NCBI RefSeq assembly: GCF_004010195.1
Contig: NC_057719.1
Span: 95,634,094-95,698,093 of the forward strand
DNA from: Chiloscyllium plagiosum
Lineage: Eukaryota
Direction: 5' to 3'
Length of the DNA: 64,000 bases
Shown here in pieces: positions 33,985 to 47,742 of this stretch (positions are counted from its first letter, which is position 1; each line of letters starts with the position of its first letter). The translations under genes were made by a program, and so were the position numbers. Below the pieces are notes generated by a model. It saw only the letters and a program-made list of their open reading frames with translations, searched no databases and had not been told where the DNA came from.

Positions 33985-34193
33985 AATGATGTGGAGGAGC
34001 CAGTGTTGGGCTGGAGTGGACAAAGTTAAAAATCACACAACACCAGGTTATAGTCCAATTGGTTTAATTGGAGACAATTGCTTTCAAATTGCTTTCACCT
34101 TTATTAGGTGGCGATGGAGAAGTAGCATTTCGAAAGCTAGTGCTTCCAAATAAACCTGTTGGACTATGACCTGGTGTTGTGTGATTTTTAACT
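33985..34193. mobile_element. Penelope-like family B element with inverted arms
   Basis: agttaaaaatcacacaacaccaggttatagtccaa versus ttggactatgacctggtgttgtgtgatttttaact. Confidence 0.65.
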
Positions 34194-34789
34194 CTTTTGA
34201 AGAAGGCTCCTAAATCTTGGGATTTAATTAACATTGTCCAGGATCTTGTTGTGGATCTTGGTAGTCCAAGTGCAGCACTGTGTTCTGGCAGCAGGCTGGT
34301 AAGTACATTAGCCTAAGACCCTTATCTATACAACTCTGTGAATACATTAACAATTGCTTGGTACACAGATGCAAGCGCTGTCTGCACACCAGCTGATGAC
34401 AGTGATGGTGTTATTGAGTTGAAGGAGAAGGATGTGTTGGGATATATTTATAAAATCAATGATTCCCCTAAAAATTATTTTTACTTGATGAAATCCATTT
34501 TCAGTATTTTCAGTATAAGAATACAATTTTTAGAGCACCATTATTTTCAACAGTACTACATTTGACTGTTTCAAAATATTAATAACTCTCTTTTCTGTCT
34601 CACAATAGGGGAGGGGATTATTGCAATGTTTTCACTCATAAAAGTTTGGGTGTCACACTAAGGAGATCAAAGTTTATAGGCAGTTGATAAAGACAGTGAA
34701 GAATAGAAATGGACTCCTTTTTCTTCATCTGTCAGTGGCAGCTGGAGTGACAGTGAGGTCCAGAGGCATGATGGGAAGGTAAATGCCAA

Positions 34790-37700
34790 ATATATAAAAG
34801 CTTTCTTTGTGTACATCCGGAGCACATACTGAGCAGGAGTGGACAAGGGGCTGCTGGGTAAGTGAGGCTTTATAGTTGGGTGGTTGCTTTACCCGAAACA
34901 CTACTCGGTAAGTGTCTCCCACCCATCCTCCTCCTCTAACCAAAATAAAAGGTTCTGTGCACTGGATTGGTAAGGTCACTGGTTCTTTTTGTTTTAGCTT
35001 TTCTGTCGTCTCGTTGGGAATTTAGAACCGTGGGAATGGAGGTTATGGCTGTTGGATGTTCCTCCTGCAGAATGTGGGAGGTAAGGGTCACCACTAGTGT
35101 CCCTGCTGACTACATCTGCGGGAAGTACACCCAACTCCAGCTCCTCAAACTGCATTAGGGAACTGGAGCTGGAGGGGGTTATTGAGGAGTTACAGGGAGG
35201 TCGGCTCACCTCAGGTACAAGAAGAAGGTAGATAGGTTACCGTCAGGGGACGGAAAGGGAACCAGCTGGCAGTGCAGGGATCCCCTGTGGCCATTCCCCT
35301 CAACAACAAGTATACCGCTTTGGATACTGTTTGGGGGGGGGGGGGGGGGGAGGGTGGGTGCAGGGTGTGGGTGGTGGACTTACCAGGGCAAGCAATTGGG
35401 CACAGCTCTTTGGCACAGCATCTGTCCCTGTTGCTCAGAAGGGAAGGGGGAAGAGGAGCAAAGCAGTAGTCATTGGGGACAGATAGGAGGTTCTGTAGGA
35501 TTGAGAGAGACTCACGGTTCGTGATGTCTCTGATCATGTTTTCAGGAGCCTTGAGGAGGAGGGGGGACAGCTCCAACTCGTGGTCCACATAGACACCAAT
35601 GACATAGGTAGGAAGAGAGATGGGGATTTAAGGCAGAAATTCAGGGAGCTAGGGTGGAAGCTTAGAGCTAGAACAAACCGAGTTGTTATCTCTGGTTTGT
35701 TACCCGTGCCTATGCAAGTGAGACAAGGAATAGGGAGAGGGAGGAGTTGGACACATGGCTACAGGGATGGTGCAGGAGGGAGGATTTTGGACTCCTGGAT
35801 AATTGGGGCTCATTCTGGGGTAGTTGGGACCTCTACAAACAGGGTGGTCTTCACCTGAACCAGAGAGGTACCAATATCCTGAAGGGGAAATTTCCAAATG
35901 GCCTTCAGGTGGGTTTAAATTAGTTCAGCAGGGGGGTGGGAACCTAAATTGTAGTTCAAGTATTCAGGCCACTGAAAGTAGGGAGGTCAGAAATAAGGTT
36001 TCAAGGTCGCAAGAGGGCACCGGCAAGCAAGAAGTTGGTTTGAAGTGTGTCTACTTCAACACTAGGAGCATCTGGAATAAGGTGGGTGAATGTGCAGCAT
36101 GGTTGGTACCTGGGAATTTGATGTTGTGGCCATTTCAGAGAGATGGCTGGAACAGGGACAGGAATGGTTGTTGCAAATTCCGGGGTTTAGATGTTTCAGT
36201 AAGAACAGAGAAAATGGTAAAAGGAGGGGAGGTGTGGCATTGTTAATCAAGGACAGTATTACAGTTGCTGAAAGGACATTTGAGGACTCCTCTACTGAGG
36301 TAGCATGGGGCTGAGGTTAGAAACAAGAAAGGAGAGGACACCCTGTTGGGAGTTTTCTATCGGCGTCTGATTAGTTCCAGAGTTATATAAGAAAGGATAG
36401 CAAAGATGATTCTGGATAGGAGAGAGTAACAGGGTAGTTATGGGGGACTTTAACTTTCCAAATATTGACTGGAAATACTATAGTTCAAATACTTTAGATG
36501 GATCAGCTTTGTCCAATGTGTGCAGGAGGGTTTCCTGACAGTATGTAGACAGGCCAACAAGGGGCAAGGCCACATTAGATTTGGTACTGGGTAATGAACC
36601 CGGCCAAGTGTTAGATTTGGAGGTAGGTGAGCACTTTGGTGATCGCGACCACAATTCGGTAATGTTTACTTTAGATATGGAAAGGGATAAGTATATAGAG
36701 TTGGGCAAGAGTTATTGCTGGGGGGAGGGAATTATGATGTGATTAGGCAATATTTAAGATGCACTGGATGGAGAAGGAAACTGCAGGGATGAGCACAATT
36801 GAAATGTGGAGCTTATTCAAGGAACAGCTACTGCGGGTCTTTGATAAGTATGTACCTATCAGGCAGGGAGGAAGTTGTCGAGCAGGGGAACCATGGTTTT
36901 TCTCAGGAAGATGAATCTCTTGCCAAGAGGAGGAAGAAGGCTAACGTTAGGATGAGACGTGAAGACTCAGTTAGGGTGCTTGAGAGTTACAAGTTAGCCA
37001 GCAAAGACCTAAAGAAAGAACTAAGAAGCACTAGGAGGGGGGCATGAGAAGTTGTTGGTGGATAGGATCAAGGAAAACACTAAGGCTTTCTATAGGAATA
37101 TCAGGAATAAAAGAATAAGTCTGGAAAGATTAGGGCCAATCAATGATAGTAGTGAGAAGTTGTGCGTGCAGTCAGAGGAGGTAGGGGAAGCGCTAAATGA
37201 ATACTTTTCTTCAATAATCACACTAGAAAAAGACAATGTTGTTGAGGAGAATACGGAGATACAGGCAACGCGACTAGACAGGGTTGAGGTTCATAAGGAG
37301 GAAGTGTTGCAATTCTGGAAAGTGTAAAAATAGATAAGTCCCCTGGGCCAGATGGGATTTATCCTAGGAGTGTCTGGGAAGCCAGGGAGGAAATTGCCGA
37401 GCCTTTGACTTTGATCCTTATGTCGTCATTGTCCACAGGAATAGTGTTAGACTGGAGGATAGCAAATGTGGTTCCCCTGTTCGAGAAGGGGAGTAGAGAC
37501 AACCCTGGTAATTATAGACCAGTGATCCTCACTTCAGTTGTTGGTAAAGTGTTGGAAAGGATTATAAGCGATGGGATTTATAATCATCTCGAAAGGAATA
37601 AGTTGATTACGGATAGTCAACATGGTTTTGTGAAGGGTAGACTGTGCCTCACAAACCTTATATAGTTCTTCGAGAAGATGTCCAAACAGGTGGATGAGGG

Positions 37701-38864
37701 TAAAGCAGTGATGGGGTGTATATGGATTTCAGCAAGGTGTTTGATAAGGTTCCACATGGTAGGCTATTGCACAAAATACAGAGGCATGGGATTGAGGGTG
37801 ATTTTAGTGGTTTGGATCAGAAATTGGTTGGCTGAAAGAAGTCAGAGTAGTGGTTGACGGGAAATATTCATCCTGGAGTTCAGTTACTAGTGGTCTACTG
37901 CAAGTTTTGAGGCCACTGCTGTTTGTCATTTTTATAAATGACCTGGATGAGGGCATAGAAGGATGGGTTAGTAAATTTGCAGATGATACTAAGGTCAGTA
38001 GAGTTGTGGATAGTGCCGAAGGATGGTGTAGGTTACAGACGAAATAGATCGATAAGCTGCAGTGCTGGGCTGAGAGGTGGCAAATGGAGTTTAATGCGGA
38101 GAAGTGTGAGCAGATTCACTTTGGAAGGAGTAACAGGAATAAAGAGTAGTGGGCTAACAGTAAGATTCTTGGTAGTGTAGATGAACAGAGAGATCTGTGT
38201 CCATGTGCATAGATCCCTGAATGTTGTCACCCAAGGTTGATAGGGTTGTTAAGAAGGCAAATGATGTGTTAACTTTTATTGGTACAGGGATTGAGTTTTG
38301 GAGCCATGAGGTCATACTGCAGCTGTACAAAACTCTGATGTGGCTACTTTTGGAGGATTGCATACAGTTCTGCCCACCGCATTGTAGGAAGGATGTGGAA
38401 GCTTTGGAAAGGGTTCAGAGGAGATTTATTGGGATGTTGCCTGGTATGGAGGGAAGGTCTTACAAGGAAAGTCTGAGGGACTTGAGTCTGCTTTTGTTAG
38501 AGATAAGAAGGTTGAGAAGTGACTTAGTTGAGACACCTAAGGTAATCAGAGGGTTAGATTGGACAGTCAGAGCCTTTTTCTTCGGATGGTGAAGGCTAAA
38601 TCAAGGGAACATAGCTTTAAACTGAGGGGTGATAGGTATAGGACAGATGTCTGAAGTAGTTTCATTACTCAGAGTAATAAGGGTGTGGAATGCACTGCCG
38701 GCAACAGTATTAGACTCGCCACCTTAAAGGCATTTAGATGATCATTGGATAGACATATGGACAAGAATGGAATAGTGTAGGTTAGATGGGCTTCAGATTG
38801 GTTCCACAGGTCGGCGCAACATTAAGGGCTGAAGGGCTGTACTGCACTGTAATGTTCTATGTTC
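34790..38864 (+). mobile_element. Near full-length CR1 LINE (about 4.1 kb), inactivated by frameshifts and stops
   Basis: ORF1 zinc finger (CSSCRMWE...YICGK) and esterase motifs (VIGD, VHIDTNDIG). ORF2 endonuclease (KCVYFNTRSIWNKVGE, DVVAISE.W) and RT (NYRPV.LTSVVGK, QHGFVKGR, SKFADDTK). Tail taatgttctatgttct. Confidence 0.92.
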
Positions 38865-41800
38865 TGCAGTTAGCTGCACAGTTGTAAAAACAGCTAAACC
38901 TACATACATTCAGTAAAGCTTCAGGGCAACTGAATGATGTGCTATTCAAACTCAGGTGAAGTTTTGGGACCTAATAGGTAGCTAAGCATTGGTAGAAGGA
39001 CTTCGAAGTCTTGGAGAGCTGAGAAAGTGGGAAGATCATTGGGTCTGTTTTGGGGAAACCTATGAGGTGCTTGGAAGCAGCCCACAAACATTAATAGGTG
39101 AGTGCAGCTGTGAGAGTGGGTGTGTGAAAAGCTCACGAACAGCATTTGTTTGATGCAACTGAGTGCGATTCAAGCTCAGGGAAAAACATAGTTTCAGCTT
39201 TTTGGTGAAGCTAGCTGTCAGTGAAGAACTGATGTGGTCTTATAACTGAGCAGCAAAGTACAGTTGGAGTCCAGAAGGAGTTTATATCCAGGAAAGGAAG
39301 GACATAAACAGAATGGGAGCAGTTATTGAGGCAGTCTGTAACAAAGCAGCCATTGACAGGGTGTTCAAAACCAGATCGGAAGAAAAGGAAGAACTGCGAT
39401 CCCTTGTCAATTTTAATGAGATTTAATGACTCAGTGTATTATTAGCAATGGGGGTGGAGTGTGTAATTGTTAACAAATTGATGAACTCTATCTTGATTGT
39501 ATGTGATGTTTAGTATGCACTGTAGTGTGTGTGGTCATGGGCTATTACCAATGTTTACGACATGTTAATTCTGGTTTTAGAAATAACTTATGAATACACT
39601 TTAGATTATACTACAGTTCCAACGTGATATAATAACGTTTATTGACATTTGTTCAAATCTGAAATCTTCTTACTATGTTCCCAAAATCAAACTCTTCACC
39701 TAATTGCAAAATGAAATATTGGTCCCTAGTCTGATGCTGACATAAATTTGGTGGTCTGGTCTGCAATTGTAACAAGATTAATTTTCATTCAAAATTAGTG
39801 CACCTTAGCTGAAAAAATTCCCAAGAATACAACAAATCTCCCTGTAAAAGCTGCCTAGATGTTTAGATGTAGGTTTTTATTTTGTAACTCTATGGCTTCA
39901 CAAAATAAGTGCACTTCAACATGTTTATAATCAGGATCTAGACATGTCATCGTGCTGGGATTCAACAGCTAATTATGATCCCAGTTTGAAGATTTGGTAA
40001 ACCGGTCTTTAAGACATGTGTTTTAAGCAACAACCAATCTGTATACCGTACATATTAATAGGAATCACTTTCTGAAATGTAATTGAGATTAATAATGGCA
40101 TTTTAAAAACATTCAGAAAAGCATTTGCAAGATAATTGAAACTGGATATAGTAATCCAAAATGCAACACAATTGCTGTGCTAAATTCCCAAAGGAATTAA
40201 TGAACTGTACCAAAGTAATTGTGGAAAAGATGGTCAGGAGACTTATTTGAATTAAGAGTATCCAGATTGTGAGGCATGACATGAAGGAGAGTCTGAGGGT
40301 CTGTGTTCCCATGTGGATGCAATGTGCAGACTGGAATCTCTAATCACTTCCTACCAGTGGCAGAGTGGCATCAGTCCAGAGGTTATTACTTCACATTATC
40401 TCTTTCACTAGGTAATCCCACTTTTCCTGTCACTGCAGGATGTTCCAGATGAGTGCTTTATTATTTCATCAGTAATCACAGTAACTATCCCGTGCTCCAT
40501 ATTAGAGCACTGTGCTCAGCCAGTCCTACTCAGAGCTTCCTTAGTGGATTTGGAAAATACAGAAGTGACCTCCTCACTTGTTTTGCCTTGCAGCTGAGTT
40601 GCACCCAGTACACTGGGCACTTCCAGAGGCAGTTACCTGACATCATTCCCAAGGTACTTGGATATCTGCAAACATGGAGGCATCCTCTGAGGGGTGGCAT
40701 CCTGTCCATCCTCCATGATATTCTGAGCCCCTTCTTTGGGCCTGACAGAGGGCACCAGCTGGTATACTCTCTCCACCAGCACCACTTTAGAACACAATGC
40801 CACGCAGCTGCTTACATCACCCCAGTACGTGTCAGCGCACAGTTTGTGCATGCACTCTGAGTGATGGTGCATATGTCTCTCTGACAAGATGACTACCTTC
40901 TCTGTGGAGGAGCTCCTGGATTCAGAGCCCTGACCCATTGTGCTACATAGGGGCTCGATGACCTGCTTAATTCCTCACTGAAGACTGCTCACCCCATCAC
41001 AGCACACTAACGTGTGGGAGTACATCTCAAGAAAAACCCACCTTTGCACTGACTCCCCAGGGCATGATGTATTTGTGGCAAGCCATGCAGAGCTGTCTGT
41101 CCATTATACTTGGAAGGAAACATACTGCAGGTACCTCTCTGCCTGAAGCCTCCTCCTGAATACCTCGTGACAGTCTATCTACACTAAAGTGAAAGGAACT
41201 GGATTTGTGAACAACACACCTACAGGATGACCCAATACATCTTTGTGTTGCTGTGAGCTCACAGAGACAGAGGTAGAGGGTGAGTGATCCTTGAGTTATA
41301 CCTACACTTTTGGAGACACCAAAAATATGTTGAGAACTAGCTGAGGAAAGTGGAAACCTCTGCATTGTAAGGCTAACAATGTTTCTCTGTCCATTGTGGA
41401 GTACTCTGTGCCCTGTCAATCACTAGTTTACCATTTGTAACCACTAGGTGGCAACAGGGACTGCAGTCCCACCTGGCTTGGTTTCCATTTCTCCAGTGAC
41501 CCAGCCTTGTCCAATGCCTTCTCCATGAGGGTTATACAATAGAGGAAGGGAAAGCCTCATCCTGAATGAGTCCTCTCCCTCAGGTTGTACGTGCATGCCT
41601 CTTTCAAGGATAAAAGAAAGAACAGGAAGGCACTGCTTTGTCCAATGTCATTCGACTCTGTTCTTTAGGAGTTGCATATCAAGCAGTGGCCAGCCTGCAA
41701 CGGCACAATGCCTGTTAAACATTGAGAAGGCAGTAATTGTTCTGGGTACAAATTCATCCCAACACCACAGCACCATGATGCTCTTCAGGCACTGTGTATA

Positions 41801-43014
41801 CAGTAGGGTACAAGAAGGTGCAACCTACTAAGTGTTTTGATGGTTAATCTCACTTTGCTAGAATGTAGGGAGGCCTTTTGAGCCCTTCTCACCCCTGGAT
41901 TAAGGATTTGAGCCTCACCTCTTCCCCTTTTTATTAACAGGAATCTCCAACCAGGTCTGCTTGGTCTTCCTTCAGCCACTCTACACAAAAGTGCTGAACT
42001 TCCTCTCCTCATGATCATCAACAGGGTCAGGCCAAGGAGGAGAGGAGTAGCTTAACTCTGGGAGCTGGTCCTCCCATTCTCATAAGAATCTCCCCTCTCC
42101 TTGGTATGATGCTCAGTTTTCCTCAGGGAAGCCAGCACCCTCAGATCTCTGTCATGGTGAATCCAAATGAGTCCCACCTGCTTCAAGTTGTCTAACCTGA
42201 ATCATTTCCTGCTCGCACTTGCTCTAATCATGCGGGAAACCAAGCTCCATATCAATTAATGAATGAAAAGGTTGCATATTATGATTGCAATTAGTTTCAC
42301 CTCAGCATTGGCCTAGCTCCTGTTTCCAGACAATGTGGTGAAAATTAAGCACCTGAAGTGCCACAAAATTTCAGAACCTTGAATTAGAAATGGATCCTGA
42401 TCCCCCGAGGATAATAACAAAGCAGCTGTGCTTCTATAATTCAGTGATTTTCTGATTGTAGTCTACAAATGTCGCAAATTCTTTCAAATTAATTTCACAA
42501 TTTGCCATGGAGAAGGTGGAAGTTCTCATTTGAAGATCCACCATAATAACCAGAGAACTACTTTACTCTGTGGTCATCTGATGACCTGAAATGTGTTTGG
42601 AATGATGGGCTAGAGTTTAGAATTTGCATGTTTGTTTTAAAGTTTGGGATGCTGAGGAACCATCTCATAAATTCCAGTGTCAAAGTTAGCAAGCTATCCA
42701 AACATTTGTTCAGTGATCTTAGCTCACAGGGTTTTGTTCCTCAGCTTTCTGAGAAGTGACTTGCAATGTTCCAAGCTTTGATTTGAGATTCAAGGTGTTT
42801 CCTGCATTAATACCGAGTGCCTTGTTAGGATGCGTGGGAGGGAGTGAGGAGTATGAGCAAAAATGAAAGATAACAAAAGTTTGCAGAGACAAAGTGCAGA
42901 TGGCTGAGGTGAAAATTTACATTGCAGATTTCCCCTACCATATGAAAGAGAAAAAAAACCTAATTCACTTTCTTTTGCAAACCCTTTTAATTTTAATTTT
43001 TTTCTGAACAGGGA

Positions 43015-43665
43015 GACTGCACTGACCTTTGTCTAGTTTATTTGCTGCTCACAATCTGATCTCGTCTACACTGGGGAAATGAGGCACCGTCTGGATGATT
43101 GCTTCGCAGGACACCTACATTTTGTCCAGTTGCCTGCCACTTCAACACACACCCCTGTTCCCTGGCCAATATCCGTGCCTTAGGCTTGCTACAGTGCTCC
43201 AGCACAGCAACCACAAGCTGGAAGAACAGCATCTCATTTTCCACTCAGAGACCCTGCATTCTCTGGACTCAATATCGAGTTTAATAATTTGGGGCTGAGC
43301 ACCTTCTCATGTCCTTACCCCAACCCCCACCCACTAAGCCTTGTCTTTACACAAGCTGCTAACACACATAACCCACTGTCAGCCACTAATAGTCCCCCAA
43401 GTGACCTTTTACCCAATCCTTTGCCTGTCCAACTGTTTTCTGCTCTCTTTAGGCTCCATCTCCTATTGGTTAAACTCCCCCATTGCCCCTACCTCCTCTT
43501 CAGCACAAAAACCGTCCTTTTCCTACCAACCACCAGTTTCTGCAAAAAGGTTGCTGGAGCTGAAACAGTAACTCTGCTTTCTCTCTGCAGACGTGTCAGA
43601 CCTGCTGAGATTTTCCAGCAATTTCTGTTTTTGTTTCAGATATTCTGCATCATCAGTTCTTTCAG
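43015..43665 (+). mobile_element. Penelope-like element 3' end: GIY-YIG endonuclease remnant plus pseudo-LTR (family C)
   Basis: Pieces read YTGEMRHRLDDCFAGHL, PVACHFNTHPCSLANI..LGLLQCSS and HKLEEQHLIFH, followed by the pLTR taactctgctttctctc...cagacctgctgag.ttttccagcaatttctgtttttgtttcaga. Confidence 0.75.
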
Positions 43666-45426
43666 ATATTTTTCAGTGTACTTACGTGCTCAGTCACTTT
43701 GTCGAATGTATACTGCATTCTAATGTGAAGATTGCCCCTCAGATAAGCACATGCGGGTCCTCCACTATTGTACCTACAATGTGTATGGATCCTGTTTAGT
43801 AAGCAGTCCTTCTGCTAGTCAAACATCAGTTTCTTGTTTCCTCCTGCCCTGGCAACTCAGTTAATGGACCAGTTGGACATGGGTCTGTCTACCCTTTTGG
43901 GCATTACAACATTTCTTTGAGCAAGTATGTTGTACCATGTCACTAATCACACATCTTTACTACACAGACTGCACGAAGACTACCAGCTGCCATTCTTCCA
44001 CAGGATATTCCTAGATCCATTCCATCTGGTCAGGGATCTGATAGTTCAAGTCTGCTCCCACCAGTACACAGTCCTCATTTCATCCCTTGACTTGCCTGTC
44101 TCATTATGTCAGTACTGCACTCCTATTGTAACCAGTTAATTTTGAAGATAATGTTCCAACTGCACAGAATGACCTCTCTTCGTTTACCATTATTTTTCTG
44201 CTTTTGTAATCAATCCCCATTACAGAATCTAAAGTCTCAGCTTAATCATTTTGTCTTTCCTTTCTGAACCCAAGGTCTCACGGCTCCTACATTCCTTTAA
44301 AAGCTTTACTTTTTTGTGTAATATTTCTCTCCCTTCTAAAACGTGCGATTGTCCTCATAATGTTCCGAAACAGCGAACTCAAAAGAACAAACTCTCCTGT
44401 ACCAGTGTGACTTTTCCATTTCCACATTATTCTTGCAACATTACTTTGAGTGAGACTGCTGAATTAATGTCTGCCGTACCAAATTCAAAGACATTCATGT
44501 GTTCTGGACACACATCACCTGACAACTGGAAGAACACAACTCAGACTCATTTCACTGAATATTTAACTTTGTCTTCAATACTAGAAAGCGCCACTAAAAT
44601 TGTAAACAGACCAGTGGAAAATTTAGCTTTAAGGTCTTTAAAGGATACACTTTTATCAAAGAAGGCTGTTGAAATAACTAAGATAAAATTCTCTTTATAG
44701 AATAAAAACTTGCACATTTTGAAACTTGAGAGTCCAAGATTCATTCAGGAAAATTGGTCTTGGCTCCATTTTCGGGTGTTCTTTGGTGCAAGTAGAGCTG
44801 ATTGGAATAGGGAGTAGATAGACAAAGGATCCTTTAGATCAAATAACTCACGGGTTTTATTCTATGTGCATGTTGTAAATAGTTCCTTGTTTAACCTTAA
44901 ATTCCTTTCTGCATTGCATTAAGTTCAAGCCAACGGAACAAAGAATCTCTGCTTCACTATCTTTACACCAACTCATTGTCAATTGGAAATCCAGAGACAG
45001 CTCCAGACTTACTTGGACTGATTGAATTAAGTTGATGTGGCTAGTCTTCTTCACATTAATCCTGGGTGGATATGGAAATAAAAACCAGTAGCTCCTCCTC
45101 CTGGTTTCAGATTAGTTAAATTAAAAACAAAGGCATTGCTATTTGCTGATCTATTACAGTTCTTGGCTCAGTGAGGGAAGAAGGTGAAAAAATGAATGGA
45201 GCAGGCCTGACTCCATGCTCTGCTCAATGTTACCAAACTTAGCAATAGACGCATATGTGAGATATTCAATCCCCCATCAGTACAAGCAAGGAGCGTGATG
45301 CATGATTGTCCCAAAATACCGGCACCAAAATATCATCTGACAATTTGGCTTTGGATGCTCTTGTGACTTAATGCAATGTTCCCAAAATTAAAATATCATT
45401 TTAATGAAATGTTCCCAAAAACATAA

Positions 45427-45750
45427 GGTGGCTCAGCGGTTAGCACTGTTTCCTCACAGTGCCCAGGTTCAAATCCAGCCTCAGGTGACTGTGTGGAGTT
45501 TGCACTTTCTCCCATTTCTGCATGAGTTTCCTCCAGGTGCTCCGGTTTCCCCCATAGTCCAAAGATGTGCAGGTTAGGTGAATTGGCCATGCTAAATTGC
45601 CCATTGTGTCCAGGGATGTGTAGGTTAGTGCATTAGTCAGGGGTAAATATAGGGTAGGGGAGTGGGAATGGGTTACTCTTCGGAGGTTTGGTGTGGACCT
45701 TTTGGGCCAAGGGCCTGCTTCTACACCATAGGGATTCTAATTCTATTCTG
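45427..45750 (+). mobile_element. HE1/V-SINE-like SINE
   Basis: Same consensus as the other copies. Confidence 0.85.
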
Positions 45751-47569
45751 TAATGATCTCTGAATGGGAATTCTATGCTGCAAAAATATACTGAGAAGCA
45801 GAAGGCTGATGTGCTGGCAACTCAAAAGAGAACTTGAAGAGGAGAGCATTAAAAAGAGCAAGACAGTTGATGAAGCAACAAAATGCATAAGGTAAGGACA
45901 GCATCTAAAAGAGAATGGGAATCAGTAGGGAATCAAGTACAAAGAGAAATCTGAAATTGTAATGTGTAAGATGGGGAATAGCAGAGCTGGAAAACTGCAC
46001 ACAGGGTGTTAATCTATTACACACTAATTTTTACCACCGATGAATCTATAAACTGCAAATAAACAGTTAAAAAGGTATGTTTTATTAAGAATCAGATTGA
46101 TTAATTATAAATTCATTTGAAATCAAACCAAGATTATAGAATGCAGACTTCAAATAATTCAATTAATTTTAGAAAAAAATCATCATTAATGAATGAATAA
46201 ATGTTTGAAATGGAAGCACAAGTAATGTGTCAGAAATGCAACGTATTGGAGTTTGTGAATTTGCTGTCCAAACTGTGAGATCCGTACAAAATGTATTGAG
46301 ACACTCCACTCAGAAGGAGTGATGTTTACAGATGATTGCACCGTGTACAGACTGAGTCACAACTCCATAGTCAATAAAGCAATGAATTCTGGCATGAAGC
46401 ATGTGATGGAAAAAAGCAGCTTTGGGCTGATGAGCAGTAAGAAATTTCTACAGCACACACATGTGTGCGAGGCAATAACCATTACCAATAAGAGAGGTTA
46501 ACTATCTCTCCTTGACAATCCATAGCACAGCCATTACCAAAACCACCAAGATCAAATTGGAGCTGAGGAGATGTGTGAGGGTAGGGGACAGGTAGTTTAT
46601 CATGGAGGATAGGAAAGATGTCACTGTTGATATTAAGAACCAGAAAGTCAAGCCTATCAGTCAGATAAATATTTGAGCTATCAGAACAGATAGCTGTAAT
46701 CAACGATTCTCTTCCTGACTCCCCAAAGCATTTGCACTTCCACAGAATAAAGTGGAACTGTGATAGAGCTGACCACTTGGTGAAATAAGTGGAGCTCCAA
46801 AAAACCTTTACAAAGGTTAACAACATCCAGACCAAAGAACTTCACTAGATCGACATACCACCCACGATCTTAATCATAACACTTTCCTCCAACAGGGTGT
46901 GTGGGTACCATCTACAAGATGCACTATAGCAACCTACCAAGGTTGTTTCAACAGCACCTACCAAACTCTCAACTTTCTACAATGACAAAGGTGTACCACT
47001 CCAGAAAGTTCCTCTTCAAATTATATACCACTCTGACCTGGAAATAAATTGCTGAATGGTTTGGGACTTGAAGGTTACAAATGTTTAGGATGCTCTGGAA
47101 AATGGTGGAGATGTGGCGTTGTTACTTAACGATGGCATAAGCACAATAGAAAGGGATAATCTAACTTCAGCAAACTGGGATATAGAATTGATGAGTTAAC
47201 GATATAAAATGATTCAGGCAAAATTTCACTTGTTGGTGTGATGTGAACATCCACTAAAACTAACCTCATGGTATCGTGGAGATTTTAGGAAGAAATACTA
47301 GGAACTTCTCAGTAAGTTGGAACAAAAATCATGAGAGATTTTAATCCATTTATTGGGTGGAAAAATCAGTTGGCTAAAGGTAGCTTAGATGACAAATGCA
47401 TCAAATGTTTTCAAGGTATGTTTTAGAACAGCACATTCTGGAACCAATCAGACTAGGTATTGTGTAATTGGATAGGATCTCACAGTAAAGTGTCCCCAGG
47501 TAACAGTGATCATAATATGATTGGATTTTACATTCAGTTGGAGGGAGAGACAGGTGAGTCTAAGACAAG

Positions 47570-47742
47570 CAGAGTCATTAGGGACATTTAAGCGACTGCT
47601 GGACATGCACATGGATAGCAGTGAGTTGAGGGGTGCGTAGGTTAAGTTATTATATTTTACATTAGGATTAAACCTCAGCACAACATCATGGGCCAAAGGG
47701 CCTGTTCTGTGCTGTACTTTTCTGTGGTCTATGTTCTATGCT
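47570..47742 (+). mobile_element. CR1 3' tail
   Basis: Reverse-complement match to 56025-56190 (gggacatttaagc.actgctggaca.gcacatgga...gaggggtg.gtaggtta), with tatgttctatg tail. Confidence 0.7.

Noticed and set aside
34790..38864. Active or domesticated CR1
   Set aside because: Both ORFs are split by many frameshifts and stops.
44251..44700. 149-aa ORF
   Set aside because: TTG start and no recognisable domain; the opposite strand shows faint old LINE-like words (e.g. gagaccttggg).
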